Positions 31,183-46,690 of a stretch of 64,000 bases of DNA are shown here, one piece after another. Each line of letters starts with the position of its first letter. Within the stretch, counting starts at the first letter, position 1. This stretch comes from Eledone cirrhosa (Eukaryota): assembly GCA_964016885.1 (NCBI GenBank), contig OZ024747.1, positions 69,192,001 to 69,256,000 on the forward strand. The letters run 5' to 3'. The notes under the pieces are model-generated. The model did no database searches. It was not told the origin of the DNA and worked only from the letters and a program-made list of their open reading frames with translations. The translations under genes and the position numbers were made by a program.

Positions 31183-31484
31183 TTGTACACTATTGCTGTT
31201 AAACGGATTGCTCGATGTAAAGATTCTTAAATAGCAGATATTGGTAAATCTCTTTCGAATGGCGCCCGGTGTGTGTCGAAGTGAAAAGATCCGCTACTGC
31301 CATCGATAAAAGACTCGTGTGGACGTCTGTAAACCTAAGTAATAGTTCATTATGTAAATGTAATCACCCATCGTGATACGCTATAGAACATGCTGTTGGT
31401 GACTGCTCTCTCTCACTCCCTATCTCTCTCTCTTTATATAAACATACACACACACATATGTATATACCTATCTACCTACCTACC

Positions 31485-31544
<60 letters not shown>

Positions 31545-31643
31545 GGAAAAGAGTCAGGACCTCGACGGCTGAGCTCCGACCGATTCGACAGCTAGATATA
31601 TATATGTATATATATATTCATATATATATATATATATATATTC

Positions 31644-31734
<91 letters not shown>

Positions 31735-31989
31735 TGCGCGCGCACACCTGCGCCTGTGGTACTGTTAAAAAACGGTAGGACCGGCGACATTTCAAGGTAA
31801 ACGGTCACTGTATATTCCTATAAAATACACGACATTGTTACATAATTTTGGTTTGTCTCCCGGAAGTCGTGAAGCGGATGTGTTGCTATTAACATGGAAA
31901 AAGACAAAAAAGTTCTCACATTCGGAGAATGTCGTCGAAAACAAACATTCTAATGTTTATGATTTCTTCTTCATCATCATCATCATCAT

Positions 31990-32190
31990 CTTCGCCAACT
32001 TATTCCAGCGGGTCCTCTCTCAGGTAACCGTCTCCAGTTGATCCGGCTGAATCCCTAAGCGTGATAAGCCAAGCTGACGGATGTTATCCAACCATCTTGT
32101 TTGGGGTCTACTCCAGGGTCTCCTGCCGGCTGGGTTTGCCCCTAAAATCTATCCATATATTTATTTCCCTGAGGCATTCTCACAACGTTT
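31990..32190 (-). mobile_element. RTE-clade LINE 3' fragment
   Basis: PAGRRPWSRPQTRWLDNI..LSRLGIQP..ERTRW (GRPxxRW..DRxxW-like motif) followed by a (GAT)n tail. Confidence 0.7.
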
Positions 32191-32319
32191 CTACATACAT
32201 TCATACATAGAAACACACTCACACACACATACATACATATATAATACAATCATACATAAATATATATATATATATATATATAAGCCGAAACTGCTTGTCG
32301 CCACGGTCGGGATTTTACA

Positions 32320-32375
<56 letters not shown>

Positions 32376-33014
32376 GTATATATGTGAAGAAGAAGAAGAA
32401 GAAGAAGTGAGCAGATTGAAGATTACAAAAGTCAAGCCAAACGGTGAATCAAGCGTCTTCACACATAATATATATTATGTGTGTGGGTATTTGTGTGTGT
32501 GTGTGTATATATATATATATCCATATGTATATGTATGTGCGTGTCTGTGTGTTCAATGGTTTTTATACAGTTAATACAAAGTTAATACAAAGAGACACTT
32601 GAAAATGATGCCATGCCCCATACTGAAATAAATATATGCATCATAAACGCAGTCTTTGGGTACAAAATGTTTCTGGTTATGAAATACTCTTAGAGGTCTG
32701 TGATCACTTGATGCCTTCGTCCCCGGAAATACAAAGTGACAATTGTAACAGTGTGTCATTGCATCACAATAACCAATAATGTACAGAAAGGGTTCGAAAT
32801 ATCAAGAGCACATACTATATGTTAATACTGTTAGTATATCCGTCCGTCAGTCCTCTATTTATCTTCTGTCTGTCTCTTTAGTAGGTCTCACTCACTGTTA
32901 TATACACATGTTCCCTACTAAATCTATATTAAGTTATATTACTCTAAGTCAAACAGGAAATAATTTCGTAGGTGCAAATAAATAATAAAAATAAATATAA
33001 TTTTCTTTAAAATA

Positions 33015-33148
33015 TGGTTTCTTATATAGGCACAAGGCCAGCAATTTGAGAGGAGGGGAAAGTCGATTAAATTGACTCCAGCGCGTGACTGGTACTTTAT
33101 TTTACCGACCCCGTAAGGATGAAAGGCGAAGCTAACCTCGGCGGGATT
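33015..33148 (-). mobile_element. Same SINE family, 5'-truncated
   Basis: Central domain and tail, flanked by a duplicated TTTTCTTTAAAATAT. Confidence 0.8.
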
Positions 33149-34092
33149 TTCTTTAAAATATAACATGACATTGCATAATACTGTCGTAGATACATACTTC
33201 CATTTTTTAATTTTTTTTAATTTTCAGACTTAGTTGTATTCATAATTTATGTCTGGTTTAAGATGGAAACCTCTTAGTTTGACCAATTTTATAACAGATT
33301 TGCTTAATGTTTGGTAAGGCTGACCAGGGGATAAACAAAAATGAACACTAGTACTTAATGAAGTCAACGACATGCCTTCCATGCGATTATTCTATCTGCT
33401 AGAAAAAGCAGCTAAATCTTCTTGAAATCACATTCTGTTGTCTTGAAAAGGAAGGACACACTTGATGGGTATTGTAGTTTAGATAAGAAAATGTTTAATC
33501 GACTTTCCCCACCTTCAAATTATTGGCCTTGTGTCTAAATCAGAAGCTATTGTTGAGACCTAGGAGACTTAACGGATGTCAGCCGGGTGGGAACTCAGAA
33601 CCAAAGCAAGATGTAAGTAAATATAGATTTCTTACACAGCCAGAAGGCTTCAAATTTTTGGGAAAGGAACAATCAATTGTAACGATCACAGTATTTAACT
33701 GGTACTATATCTTCACGGACCCAGAATTTGAACATGAAAACCGAAACAAATACTTGAAGCATTTTGTTCGACCCGCTAACAATTCTGTTAATGTGTCACC
33801 TCGATTTCTAACACAGGAAGAAAGGTAATACATTTCCTGGATGGGTATTTTCGACCAGATCAAAACCATCAGTTAAGTGAGAAAAGGCCACGATAAAACT
33901 ATTTATTATTATGTGTTAATTCATTAAAATCTCTGTCGAAATTTACTGGCCGTAAAACGACGAAGCTTACACTTGATCAGTTAAAAATAATAGTCAGATT
34001 ACCTTCAACACACCCTAACATTTAAAAAACTATGGAGAACGACATATCATCATTACTATATTAGGATATCCCTAATGTCATCGTTGGAATAC

Positions 34093-34286
34093 CAGACCTG
34101 TCAATTCTCCCCGTCCGATGGGGAAAACTCCCACAGCTTAGTGAGTGGATGAGAGATGTCTTCTCTTGTGAAAATAGATATAGCTTTTATTATGTAAAAT
34201 CTCCCCATTTTGCCCCATTTCTCCCGTTTTGGGGCACTTTTTTTCATGGTACTCCCCGTTTGAGTTTCTAGAGATTGGCAAGTCTG
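34093..34286. mobile_element. MITE with about 12-bp imperfect TIRs and 6-bp TSD
   Basis: CAGACCTGTCAA...TTGGCAAGTCTG, with GAATAC at 34087-34092 and 34287-34292 and internal CTCCCC subterminal motifs. Confidence 0.6.
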
Positions 34287-34591
34287 GAATACTTTTGATA
34301 ATATACTTGTTTTTGTAGTAGAATAGAATGTATCGCATACAGTAGTATACGATGTATAGTTCTGTTTTTTCTTTAAATGCAGTAATGTGTGACTTGATCG
34401 CACATCATTAGTGAGGAGGAGGAGGAGGCGGAGGAGCACAGCCGATTAAATTGATCTATGTATAATTCTGATTGTTTCGATCCTGGTGGGAAGAAATAGT
34501 AAAAGAGCAATATTGATCTCGGTACTAATTGAACCCAATAGGAATATCGTCCAAGGCCCTACTTTCTTTTTCAGCTGCTCCACTGCATTTA

Positions 34592-34628
<37 letters not shown>

Positions 34629-34629
34629 C

Positions 34630-34663
<34 letters not shown>

Positions 34664-34686
34664 GTGTGTATGTGTATGTGTGTGTC

Positions 34687-34754
<68 letters not shown>

Positions 34755-35502
34755 TGTGTATGTGTGTGTGAGTCTGTACCGGTGAAAACTAATGCAATTA
34801 GGTGCACTCTCGTATGTCTGAAGATAACCTCAGCAATTCAATAGAGATCCATAAAATATACCGGTCTAAAATAAGTATTGGAGTCAATATTATCAACTAA
34901 AATCTTTCAAGGTACTACCCCCTAATCACTGCAGTCCAATGACTGAAATCAGCGAAAAAAATAATCAACTACATAGCAAAATATCTAAAAAGAAAAATCA
35001 CATTTAAAATGAAGTGAAATCGATGTTTAATATCCTGTCGTGTCAATAGGAGAGAGAAAGTGTTTCATTTCTTCGGGAAGGTATATATACAGGACAGACA
35101 AAGGTAACGTTTGTTGACCTTCGTTTTGAATTCTGTAGCAGGAAAGTGGCGGGAAGTCATGAATAGGTCCTGACTTATATAAATTGTAGATGGTTACGTT
35201 AGAATTCCTATGGATTGAGGTCTACATAAGCATACATAATTCCTTTCTCTCTCTCATTTGCATGTTCTATAAGCATTCTATTACATGTTGTGGTAGTGTT
35301 TCTGTATAATAGCATGCATTTATTGCTAATCCGGATCGTCTGAGTCAGCGTGGTAATGGAATATCTAATGAGAGTCATAAGAAAAACCAGCAGTAAATAA
35401 ATAAAACAAAATAAAAAAAACAACAGCCAAAGAGCAACGAAAAGCATACAAAATAAATGTAATTACGATATGTGAAAAAATCAAAAGAGAGTAAAACAAT
35501 AA

Positions 35503-36048
35503 AATAATTGTTTCTACTTTTGGCACAAGGCCAGCAATTAACCCAGTGCATTACTGGTATTTTATTTTATCGACCCCGTAAGGATGAACTCAGACCGTAA
35601 TGGGCAGTAACTCTATGCTACAAAGCTTGGCGTCTGACCCTCTACCCATACTGCTAATAAAATAATGATTTCTGATTTAGGCACAAGAACAACAACCCAG
35701 GGGGAGGGGAAAGTCGATTAAATCGACCCCAGTGTGTTAGTGCTAATATTTTTTTATCGGCCCCATAAGGATGAAAGGTAAAGCTAACTTTGGCGGGATT
35801 TGAACTCAGAATGTAATGGGCGGTAACTCTATGCCACATAGCATGTTTCCGACGCTCTACCGACACTGCCAATAGTTGTTTCTACTTTAGGCACAAGGCC
35901 AGCAATTTGAAAGGGATGGGAAAATCGATGATTAAATCGACCCCAGTACTTATTGGTGCTTTATTTTATCGACCCCGTAAGGATGAAAGACAAAGCTAGC
36001 CTTGGCAGGATTTGAACTCAGAACGTAAAGGGCCAGGGCACTGCCAAT
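35503..36048 (-). mobile_element. Three head-to-tail copies of the same SINE family
   Basis: Copies at about 35503-35655, 35660-35872 and 35873-36048. Confidence 0.82.
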
Positions 36049-36550
36049 GATATTAAGTAAAATACCATGCATAATCGTAGAACGGAAATGAGTAGAAAAA
36101 AAGTGACTAAAATAGCGAGAGATAGAATACTTGGGATAAATATGGAAAGGTGTAAGGAAATAATATTTGAGCATTTTTATGTATATGTATTGTTGTAAAG
36201 AAGTGTGTGTGTGTGAGTGTGTTGCGTGATTTTATCGATGTGAGTGTTGTGTCTTCTGGGAAATATATATGGAAGTGACATGCTGTTGTGCGAGTAGTGT
36301 GAACAAAGCAGAATAATGAGTGGGTGAATACAACATAATAGAGACTGGGTGTGTGGTAGATGGATAGTACAGTATGTATGAGTTTCTGTAAAAAAGAGCA
36401 TTGCTGAAGTGTAGATGAGGGAACTTATTGCTGTGTAGGGTAGTGAATGGCAACTTGATTATTAATCCAAGCCGGGTAGCTGTGGTTAATTGAAAATTTA
36501 ATTCTTGTCCATGATGCACGCAAGTGAGGAGATTAAAATGCTGCTGTACA

Positions 36551-36743
36551 ATAATTGTTTCTATTTTGGGCACAAGGCCAGCAATTATATCAGTGTATTA
36601 CTGGTACTTTATTTTATCGACCCCGTAAGGATGAAAGGCAAAGTTAACCTCGGCAGGATTTGAACTCAGACAGCAAAGTGACGTAACTCTACGCTGCAAA
36701 GCATGGCGTCTGACTCTCTACTGATACTGCCAATCCACCGCCC
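36551..36743 (-). mobile_element. Same SINE family, full length with target-site duplication
   Basis: TGTACAATAA at 36545-36554 and 36744-36753. Confidence 0.88.
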
Positions 36744-37636
36744 TGTACAATAACACAGATCAATGTGGTCGGGTGAATTCAAGCGACAGTCTACAGAAGG
36801 AAGTGATCTAGTAATGATGAGTCGGACGTCCCACAATTATTTCCTAAAACGTTCAGCCAATCCCAGAACAGTGTCCCCAAGAAGAACGTCATAGCCTATG
36901 CGACCTTTTCTACTATTTTCTAAGAAAGGAATTGTCTGAATGCAACAATTCTGATTGAATTAGTATTTCAGTATGAATAGAAGATCGTAAACTTCTCTTT
37001 AAAGCATTTATCCAAAAATATAGTTAATTCTTGATAACAACAACACAGCATCAGAAACAAATGTGATGGCCACACTTAAATGGATTTGAACATATGTCTC
37101 GTCAATGTGGGTTGACCTATGGGTAAACGATAACAACATGGAATCAAAGATAGAGGTACTTTATATGGTCGCTGGACGTCTAAGAAATACTAGCAAAATC
37201 TCACTCAGAGAACGTTTTCCTTCGTCTTAAACATTAAAATAAAACTTTAGATTATGCAGTTTTATATGTCTCCGAAAATGGTGAGATAATCATAAGAGGA
37301 GACCTTTTCATCATACGTTTGCTTCATCTAGATACAACAAGAAAAACAACAATTGGCCCTCACAACTAGATAATGATCCAAGGTACATTTGACCCGGTGT
37401 CTTTATAATAGTTAATCTTTAACGGCAAAGGTTGTTTTAGGTAAGTAGACTGAAGTCGATTGTAGGGCCCTGAGTACACACCTGGTATTTAATTTATAGA
37501 GGTATTAACAAGTACATTATTGACGTTGGCAGAAATTCGAGATGAGTTCATAGTAGGGTGCTACCCTCACGTTGTCTGTATCATCTCTCACACAAACAAA
37601 TATATATACACACACATATACACTTAAGCACGCACG

Positions 37637-37688
<52 letters not shown>

Positions 37689-37754
37689 TATGGATTTATA
37701 TATATATATGCTTTAGTGCTTAGACGTTGTAATATATATATACACAGATAGATA

Positions 37755-37862
<108 letters not shown>

Positions 37863-38045
37863 CACATATACACACACAAGTTAGGTTATGGTGTTCACAA
37901 TGATGAATTCCTTACGTAAACATGGAGCTGTTGGTAAGAAGTATTAAGTGTTTTGCCACAATCATAACATAATATCTCTTTCTCTCACCCTCTATATCTC
38001 CATGCCCCTTCTCGCTCTGTACTCCACTACATACATATACATATA

Positions 38046-38267
<222 letters not shown>

Positions 38268-38423
38268 CGTGTGTGTGTATGTGTGTGTATGTGTGTGTGT
38301 ATGTATGTGTGCGTGTGTATGTATATATATGTCTGTGAGTATGTATATATATGTGTGTGTGTGTCTGTGTGTGTATATGTGTATATATATATATGTGTTT
38401 GTGTATATATATATATATGTCTC

Positions 38424-38478
<55 letters not shown>

Positions 38479-38955
38479 ATGTATGTATACAAATATATGT
38501 TGTGGTAGTGTTTCTGTATAATAGGGGTCGATTTAATCGACTTTCCCCTCCCCCTGGGTTGTTGTCCTTCTGCCTAAATCAGAAATCATTATTTTAATAG
38601 CAGTATGGGTAGAGGGTCAGACGTTATGCTTTGTAGCATAGAGTTACTGCCCATTACGGTCTGAGTTCAAATCCCGCCGAGGTTAACTTTGCCACACACA
38701 CACACGCACATATATATATATATATATATATATAGTAAAAAATTGAACGGGAACAAAATAGAGAGGCAGTACGAACAAAGGGTTATTAGTTTCACGCTCT
38801 TGAGAGTGGGGTGGTGGTATATATATATTACACCAGCACAAAGCATCAGAACAACAAAACGGTAAGGTAAGATTCTAGAAACGAATTTATTGAGCAAGAA
38901 GTGTAGTTTACCCCCCTCCACAGACTTCCAGAGGAGGACAAAATAACAAAAGCAG

Positions 38956-40087
<1,132 letters not shown>

Positions 40088-40166
40088 ATACACATATATA
40101 TATATATGCATATATATATATATACATATATATATATACATATATATATATACATATATTTATACA

Positions 40167-40306
<140 letters not shown>

Positions 40307-40987
40307 CATTTATATATAATGTTTGTGTGTATGTGTATATATATATGTATATATATATACACATACACACAAACATTCTCTGATACATGAACACAACACA
40401 AGGGCATATATATATAGGGACAAAGAGAGAGGGGAGGGAGGGGGAGAGAGAGTGAGTGAGGGAGGGAGGGAGGGAGAGAGAGGGAGTGAGAGAGGTAGGG
40501 AGAGGGAGGGAGGAAGAGAGTAGGAGTGAGTGTGGGAGGGAAAGAGTGGGAGAGGAAGAGAGAGAGAGAAGGTATCTTACACAATATTTGTCAACTATTA
40601 TATATACATATATCGATTGACTATTTGTGTAGGAATGACTATACTTCAAATTTCAAATATTTCTAATGTCAACCGCCTATTCATCTGCACACATACACAC
40701 ACACTTGTATGTATGCATGTATGAATGTATGTATGTGTGCATACACACGCATACACAGACACACACATATATATATATATGTGTGTCTGTGTGTGCGTGT
40801 ATACATATATAGATGTATATATGCACACATATATATTTATATTCAGATAAATCCACCAATTAATGGTAGGGTCCAAGCCGTATGAAGAACTCAATGTAAT
40901 CCTTATGTAGAAGATGTCGTGAAGCAAAGTTTAAAATACAGAATTTCAACGATATAATTCATTGGAAGCAGAGTCAAAATAATACAA

Positions 40988-41192
40988 ATAGTGAAAACAA
41001 TGAAATTAAACAAAACACGGGTAATTCATAGTAAAACTCATTATTTTACGATCGTTTCTGGGGAGTAGTTCTTCGTATGTTCATTCTATTAGAATGAACA
41101 TACGGAGAACTACCCCCACCTCCTCCCAGAAACGATCGTAAAATAGTGAGTTTTACTATGAATTACCCGTATTTTGTTTAATTTCATTGTTT

Positions 41193-41199
<7 letters not shown>
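40988..41199. mobile_element. Fold-back element (about 100-bp arms) with hammerhead 3' half
   Basis: Palindrome centred near 41088 (TTCT-ATT-AGAA). GAAA-C-GATC-G-TA lies at 41129-41140 with a mirror copy. The right arm ends at (TA)n. Confidence 0.68.
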
Positions 41200-41259
<60 letters not shown>

Positions 41260-41376
41260 AATATATATATATGTATAATATATATATACATGTTTATCCC
41301 GGGTTCAATCGAGGGTGACTACAGTAAGTAAGGTACTCAATACATAGCAGAGTATAAATATTTAATATAGAAATGG

Positions 41377-41423
41377 CTTCTACAGGACTAGAACTGTTTC
41401 ATTCGGGAGAAATCATCAGGAAA
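41377..41423 (-). ncRNA. Type I hammerhead ribozyme (family B)
   Basis: Reverse complement reads TTTC-CTGATGA-TTTC-TCCC-GAAT-GAAA-CAG-TTCTAGTC-CTG-TA-GAAG. The tail (41290-41376) runs to (TA)n. Confidence 0.68.
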
Positions 41424-41424
41424 G

Positions 41425-41512
<88 letters not shown>

Positions 41513-41939
41513 TATATATTTGCACATGTTTACATATACACCATACATGCAAGCGCGTCAAACACATGCGTGTAGATAATTAAATATCCCTGCAAATGAA
41601 GACAATGACATACATACATACACACATGCGTACACACATACATACACACACACACATACATACAACCAGACCCACATACATCCTCCGTCACAATGAACAC
41701 ATACAACTGCCAGGCAGACATTAAAATACATACCGCGCTTATGTTTTTTCTTCCTCCCACCTACCTCCTACCTCACCCCACTCTCACATCGCCTCTTATT
41801 GTCCACTCTGTCCACTAAGACCCCTCCACCCACCATATATTACTGTATGTCCCCTGTCTCCACTCTATCCACTCTACGTTGACCACTGCAAATTTACCAG
41901 TCTGTCTGTTTTGCACCATCTCACCTATTCATGGCCTGC

Positions 41940-41989
<50 letters not shown>

Positions 41990-42105
41990 ATATATATATA
42001 TATATATGTTTCTATCTATCCATCTATCTCTCTCTCAGTCAGTCTATATGTCTGAGTATCTGTATATCTGTCTGTTAGTCTTTCTCTCCCCCTCTCTGTC
42101 TGTCT

Positions 42106-42138
<33 letters not shown>

Positions 42139-42576
42139 TATCTGTTTCTCTGTCTCTCTGTCTCCCCCCTCTCTCACAATATTTCTCTCTCTCTCTCTCT
42201 CTCTCACACTATCTGTTTCTCTGTCTCTCTGTCTCCCCCCTCTCTCTCTCTCTCTCTCACACACACTATCTGTTTCTCTGTCTCTCTGTCTCCCCCTCTC
42301 TCTCTCTCACTATCTCTCTCTCTCTCTATCTCTCTCTCTCTCTCTCTCTCACACTATCTGTTTCTCTGTCTCTCTGTCTCCCCCCTCTCTCTCTCACTAC
42401 CTCTCTCTCTCTCTCACACACTATCTGTTTCTCTGTCTCTCTGTCTCCCCCTCTCTCTCTCACTATCTCTCTCTCTCTCTCTCACACACACTATCTGTTT
42501 CTCTGTCTCTCTGTCTCCCCCCTCTCTCTCTCTCACACACTATCTGTTTCTCTGTCTCCCCCTCTCTCTCTCACTA

Positions 42577-42614
<38 letters not shown>

Positions 42615-42672
42615 TATCTGTTTCTCTGTCTCTCTGTCTCCCCCTCTCTCTCTCTCACTATCTCTCTCTCTC
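41940..42672. repeat. CT-rich minisatellite (CACTATCTGTTTCTCTGTCTCTCTGTCTCCCCC(CT)n units)
   Basis: The unit recurs about 8 times and is nearly pure pyrimidine on the + strand. Confidence 0.9.
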
Positions 42673-42986
42673 CTTTACATTACACTATTCCTTGTTTCTT
42701 TCTATTTCCTCTTTTCTATCGTTTGTGTTCTTATTTCTTTTTCTTATTTACCTCCATCTCCAACCCCCCTCTTCAACTCCCTCCCCTCTCTCTCACTCTC
42801 ACTCCCTCCTCTTTCTCCACCTACTTAACTATCTATGCATATACATACATGCATACAAACATATACACGCATACATACACACATACATATATACACGCAT
42901 ACATACACACATACATACATAATATATATATATATACATGCATACACATGTACATGCAGACATATATATATATAAATATATATATA

Positions 42987-43390
42987 CATGGTGGCTGCCA
43001 ACTCGTTTTCGAGTACGGCCACTACTTTATATCCATGTAGGAGAACCCCTACTGATGCGCTGAACGAGTGTGACTTTTTAGTCCAGCCTGTGACATGAAA
43101 ACTCTGGTACAAACACTACACCTGTGACAATTATTGACACACAGTGCTGGGCCCATGGCACCATGTGACGACAAGTGCAGGGAGATCTCCAGATATAAAG
43201 CAATGCCTGTGCCGTGAAGCTTTTATAGTGAGCAAAGGCACTGCACAAAGCCAGTCCCACTCTCTTAACCAAGATGATATTTTCCAAAAAGAAGAACAAG
43301 TCAACATCATTGGATACCATCAGGGTTGCAGGTGTTATATCAGAGTTTTCCTTCTCCTAGAATTCTGCCTTGACAAAGGCTAAGGGGTCA
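42987..43390 (-). mobile_element. RTE-clade LINE 3' fragment with C-terminal C2H2 finger
   Basis: CSVCTRVFMSQAGLKSHTRSAH followed by a stop and a short 3' UTR abutting (TA)n. Confidence 0.65.
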
Positions 43391-43754
43391 TCTCTCTATA
43401 TATACATATGTACATACATACATGCACACATACATAAATATATACATACATACACACACATAAAGATACATGTACAGATGTATAGACACAGAAACTTATG
43501 CACGTGTACACATAGCTCAAAACGTGCAGATCCACAACTACAATACATTCATACCTAGACACACACATACAGACATTCATACAGACACTCACACAGACAC
43601 ACGCACAGATACACAGACACACACCCTTACATACACAGACACACACAAACACATACACACATACATATTTACCTAGTTGATATTTAAACTCCAATGAAAA
43701 TAGTTTTGCGTCTATATTAGAAATAGGCTCTCTATTTGTGAAAATGTATAAAGT

Positions 43755-44061
43755 AGTTGTTCTACTTTGGCACAAGGGCAGCAATTACACAGTACATTAC
43801 TGGTACTTTATTTTATCGACCCCGTAAGGATGAAAGGCAAAGTCAACCTCGGCGGGATTTGAACTTTTATAAAATAATTGTTTCCTCATTTGGCACAAGG
43901 CCAGCAATTATCCAGTTCATTACTGGTACTTTGTTTTATCGACCCCGTAAGGATGAAAGGTAAAGTTAACCTCGGCGGGATTTGAACTCAGAATGGCAAG
44001 GGCCGTAACTCTATGCGTCAAAGCATGGCGTCCGACCCTCTACCGATACTGCCGATCCACC
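43755..44061 (-). mobile_element. Two tandem copies of the same SINE family
   Basis: A truncated copy at 43755-43865 and a near-full copy at 43873-44061. Confidence 0.82.
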
Positions 44062-44662
44062 AAAATAATAAAACCAGAAGTACATCCATCCATCCATTCA
44101 TACACACACACATACATACATACACACATCCATCCATCCATACATACACACATACATACATACACACATCCATCCATCCATACATACACACATACATACA
44201 TACACACATCCATCCATCCATCCATCCATACATACACCCATACATACATTCGTAGATACACACATCCATTCACACACCCATCTATACATTCATGCATATA
44301 TGCATATATATACATACATCTATACACACATGCATGCATCCATCCATCTATACAGCCATCTATACACCCATACATCCACACACACACACACAAGTATATA
44401 CATTTGAGTTTACAAAAAAGAGGAAAGGTGCTCCCTACTAAAGTACAATATTTTTTTTGTTTCTTTACTGTAATTTACTGTAATTTACTGTAATTTACTG
44501 TAATAAACAACTTGTATTACTCTCCTCGTAACATACTACGTAACAGCTCTACATCAGATATATACCTTCGTACGGACATATGTGTAGAAAATCTAAAACA
44601 TATACATACATAATATATATACATATATATATATATATTATATATATATATATATATATTAT

Positions 44663-44701
<39 letters not shown>

Positions 44702-45248
44702 ATATAAAATCAAAAGATGGTTAAAAGAGTTCCACGTATATTATTATTTTATTATATATATATAAAGGTAAACAAAAAAAACAAAACAATCGGTACAGCA
44801 CAGCATATGGAAGAAATACATTAGGTTAACGCTTGAAATAGCAGGAAGAAGGTGTTAACGTTTCGGACGCTAGTCTGTCATCAGAAGAAAGAATGAGAAA
44901 TTAGAAAATCTGAAGGGACGGGTGGCGTGGAATCGGAAAAAAATGTTTTAGAGAAAAATAACATGTCCATTCATGTTGCCATCTCTTGGTTACTTTAGAC
45001 CATCCCAATTTAATTTATTATACGTATTTCATAAGCCAAAACATGTTCTCATTTGACAGAATCCACAGGAGATGTAGAACAAATTTGATATGCAGGCAGT
45101 CAGACGAGCTGTTGAGATCTGTATCCGACGGGCATATGAGATATTAAACAATGTCAACACAGAAGGTATTATTTGAGTAGGAGAAATATTACAGTAGGTG
45201 TTGACGTTTTCCAACTGGTGATAGTATGATGATAACATTATATATATA

Positions 45249-45440
45249 GGGCGGTGGATTGGCAGTATCAGTAGAGGGTCGGACGCCATGCTTTGACGCA
45301 TAGAGTTGCGGCCCTTGCCATTCTGAGTTCAAATCCCGCCGAGGTTAACTTTGCCTTTCATCCTTACGGAGTCGATAAAATAAAGTACCAGTAATGCACT
45401 GGGATAATTGCTGGCCTCGTGCCAAATGTAGAAACAATTA
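45249..45440 (+). mobile_element. Same SINE family, full length
   Basis: Same A/B boxes, central domain and tail. Confidence 0.85.
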
Positions 45441-45462
45441 TGTATATTTTATATATATACAG

Positions 45463-45706
45463 AGGGCATGTCAAACTGAGGGTCCCCGAGGGCCACAAGG
45501 GTCACATATGTGTTGTCTGAGGGTCACATGGGTCACATATGTGTTGTCTGAGGGTCACATGGGTCACATATGTGTTGTCTGAGGGTCACACATTACAACT
45601 AATGTTTTAGAATTTTATATTACGAAGATAAAACATGCTCGCGCTGTAAAAACATTTGTGCGGGCCGCAGGTGTGCTTGTAAAGGGCCGCATCTTTGACA
45701 TGCCTG
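45463..45706. mobile_element. hAT-type MITE with 8-bp TSD and internal 31-bp triplication
   Basis: TIRs AGGGCATGTCAAAC and TTTGACATGCCTG. Perfect TSD ATATACAG at 45455-45462 and 45707-45714. Confidence 0.85.
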
Positions 45707-45733
45707 ATATACAGGGTGCATTATATATATATA

Positions 45734-45922
45734 GGGCGGTGGATTGACAGTATCGGTAGAGGGTCGGACGCCATGCTTTCCAGCATAGTTACGTCCCTTT
45801 ATGATCTGAGTTCAAATCCCGCCGAGGTTGACTTTGCCTTTCATCCTTACGGGGTCGATAAAATAAAGTACCAGTAATGTACTGGGTAATTGCTGGCCTT
45901 GTGCCAAAAGTAGAAACAATTA
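45734..45922 (+). mobile_element. tRNA-derived SINE with Nin/Deu-like central domain (octopus-type), full length
   Basis: A-box-like TGACAGTATCGG and B-box GTTCAAATCC. Central GACTTTGCCTTTCATCCTTACGGGGTCGATAAAATAAAGTACCAG. Tail GGCCTTGTGCCAAAAGTAGAAACAATTA. Confidence 0.85.
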
Positions 45923-46469
45923 TATATATATAATATACAGGGTGTCCCCAAAAATTGTAGTCACACTTTTATTAGAATGCTGTTGAAGTGTGTATACATT
46001 TATTGGGGGCACTCTCTATATATAATTATATATATATATTTACAAGTGTGTGTATGTGTGAGTGTGTGTGTAAGCGTGTGTATGTGTGTGTGAGTGTGTG
46101 TGCGTATGTGTGTGTGTGAGCGTGTCTATGTGTATGTGTGAGTGTGTGTGTATGCACGAGCGTGTGTATGTGTGTGTATATGTATGTATGTGTGTTAGAT
46201 ATGAAAATATACGCTAAGCAGCTGAGATATATGTTAAAATCATATCTGTTACAGGAACGGCACTAACTTCTACTGAAGCTGTGTACATATGTAAGTAAAA
46301 TACACTGACATATGTAAACATGCTTCTCCTTTAAATGTTTACATAGTTCTTCATAGAATGAGAAGGAGCAGACGATCCGACTTGCGTTTCGAATCTAGTT
46401 GGGATCACATGTGTGTATTTGAGACAGTCCACAGAGATACAACCAATCACATTATTATTGGGAGTTTGA

Positions 46470-46690
46470 GGGCGGTGGATTGGCAGTATCGGTAGAATGT
46501 CGGACGCCATGCTTTGCAGCATAGAGTTATGGCCCTTGACGGTCCGAGTTCAAATCCCGCCGAGGTTAACTTTGCCTTTCATCCTTACGGAGTCGATAAA
46601 ATAAAGTACCAGTCACGCACTGGGGTCGGTTTAATCGACTTTCCCCTCCCCCAAAATTGATGGCCTTGTGCCTATATAAGAAACCATTAT
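46470..46690 (+). mobile_element. Same SINE family, long subtype (extra GGGGTCG..TTAATCGACTTTCCCC segment)
   Basis: Sequence identity to the other copies. Confidence 0.85.

Noticed and set aside
32560-32820. Exon-like unique island with a TTTTATACAG acceptor
   Set aside because: All plus-strand frames close quickly, and the minus-strand 62-aa ORF has no recognisable motif.
41931-43040. 369-aa Ser/Leu-rich ORF
   Set aside because: Derived from the CT-rich minisatellite and running antisense into an RTE fragment.
44852-44892. Minus-strand CTGATGA..GTCC-GAAACGTTA hammerhead-like motif; similar motifs at 47784-47815, 3375-3405 and 299-329
   Set aside because: Core or stem I defects (AAAA for GAAA, GTGATGA for CTGATGA, or no stem I pairing). 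Probably decayed relatives, so not called as ribozymes.
45734-45830. tRNA gene suggested by the A/B boxes
   Set aside because: This is the head of a multi-copy SINE. There is no full cloverleaf, and the sequence continues into the SINE body.
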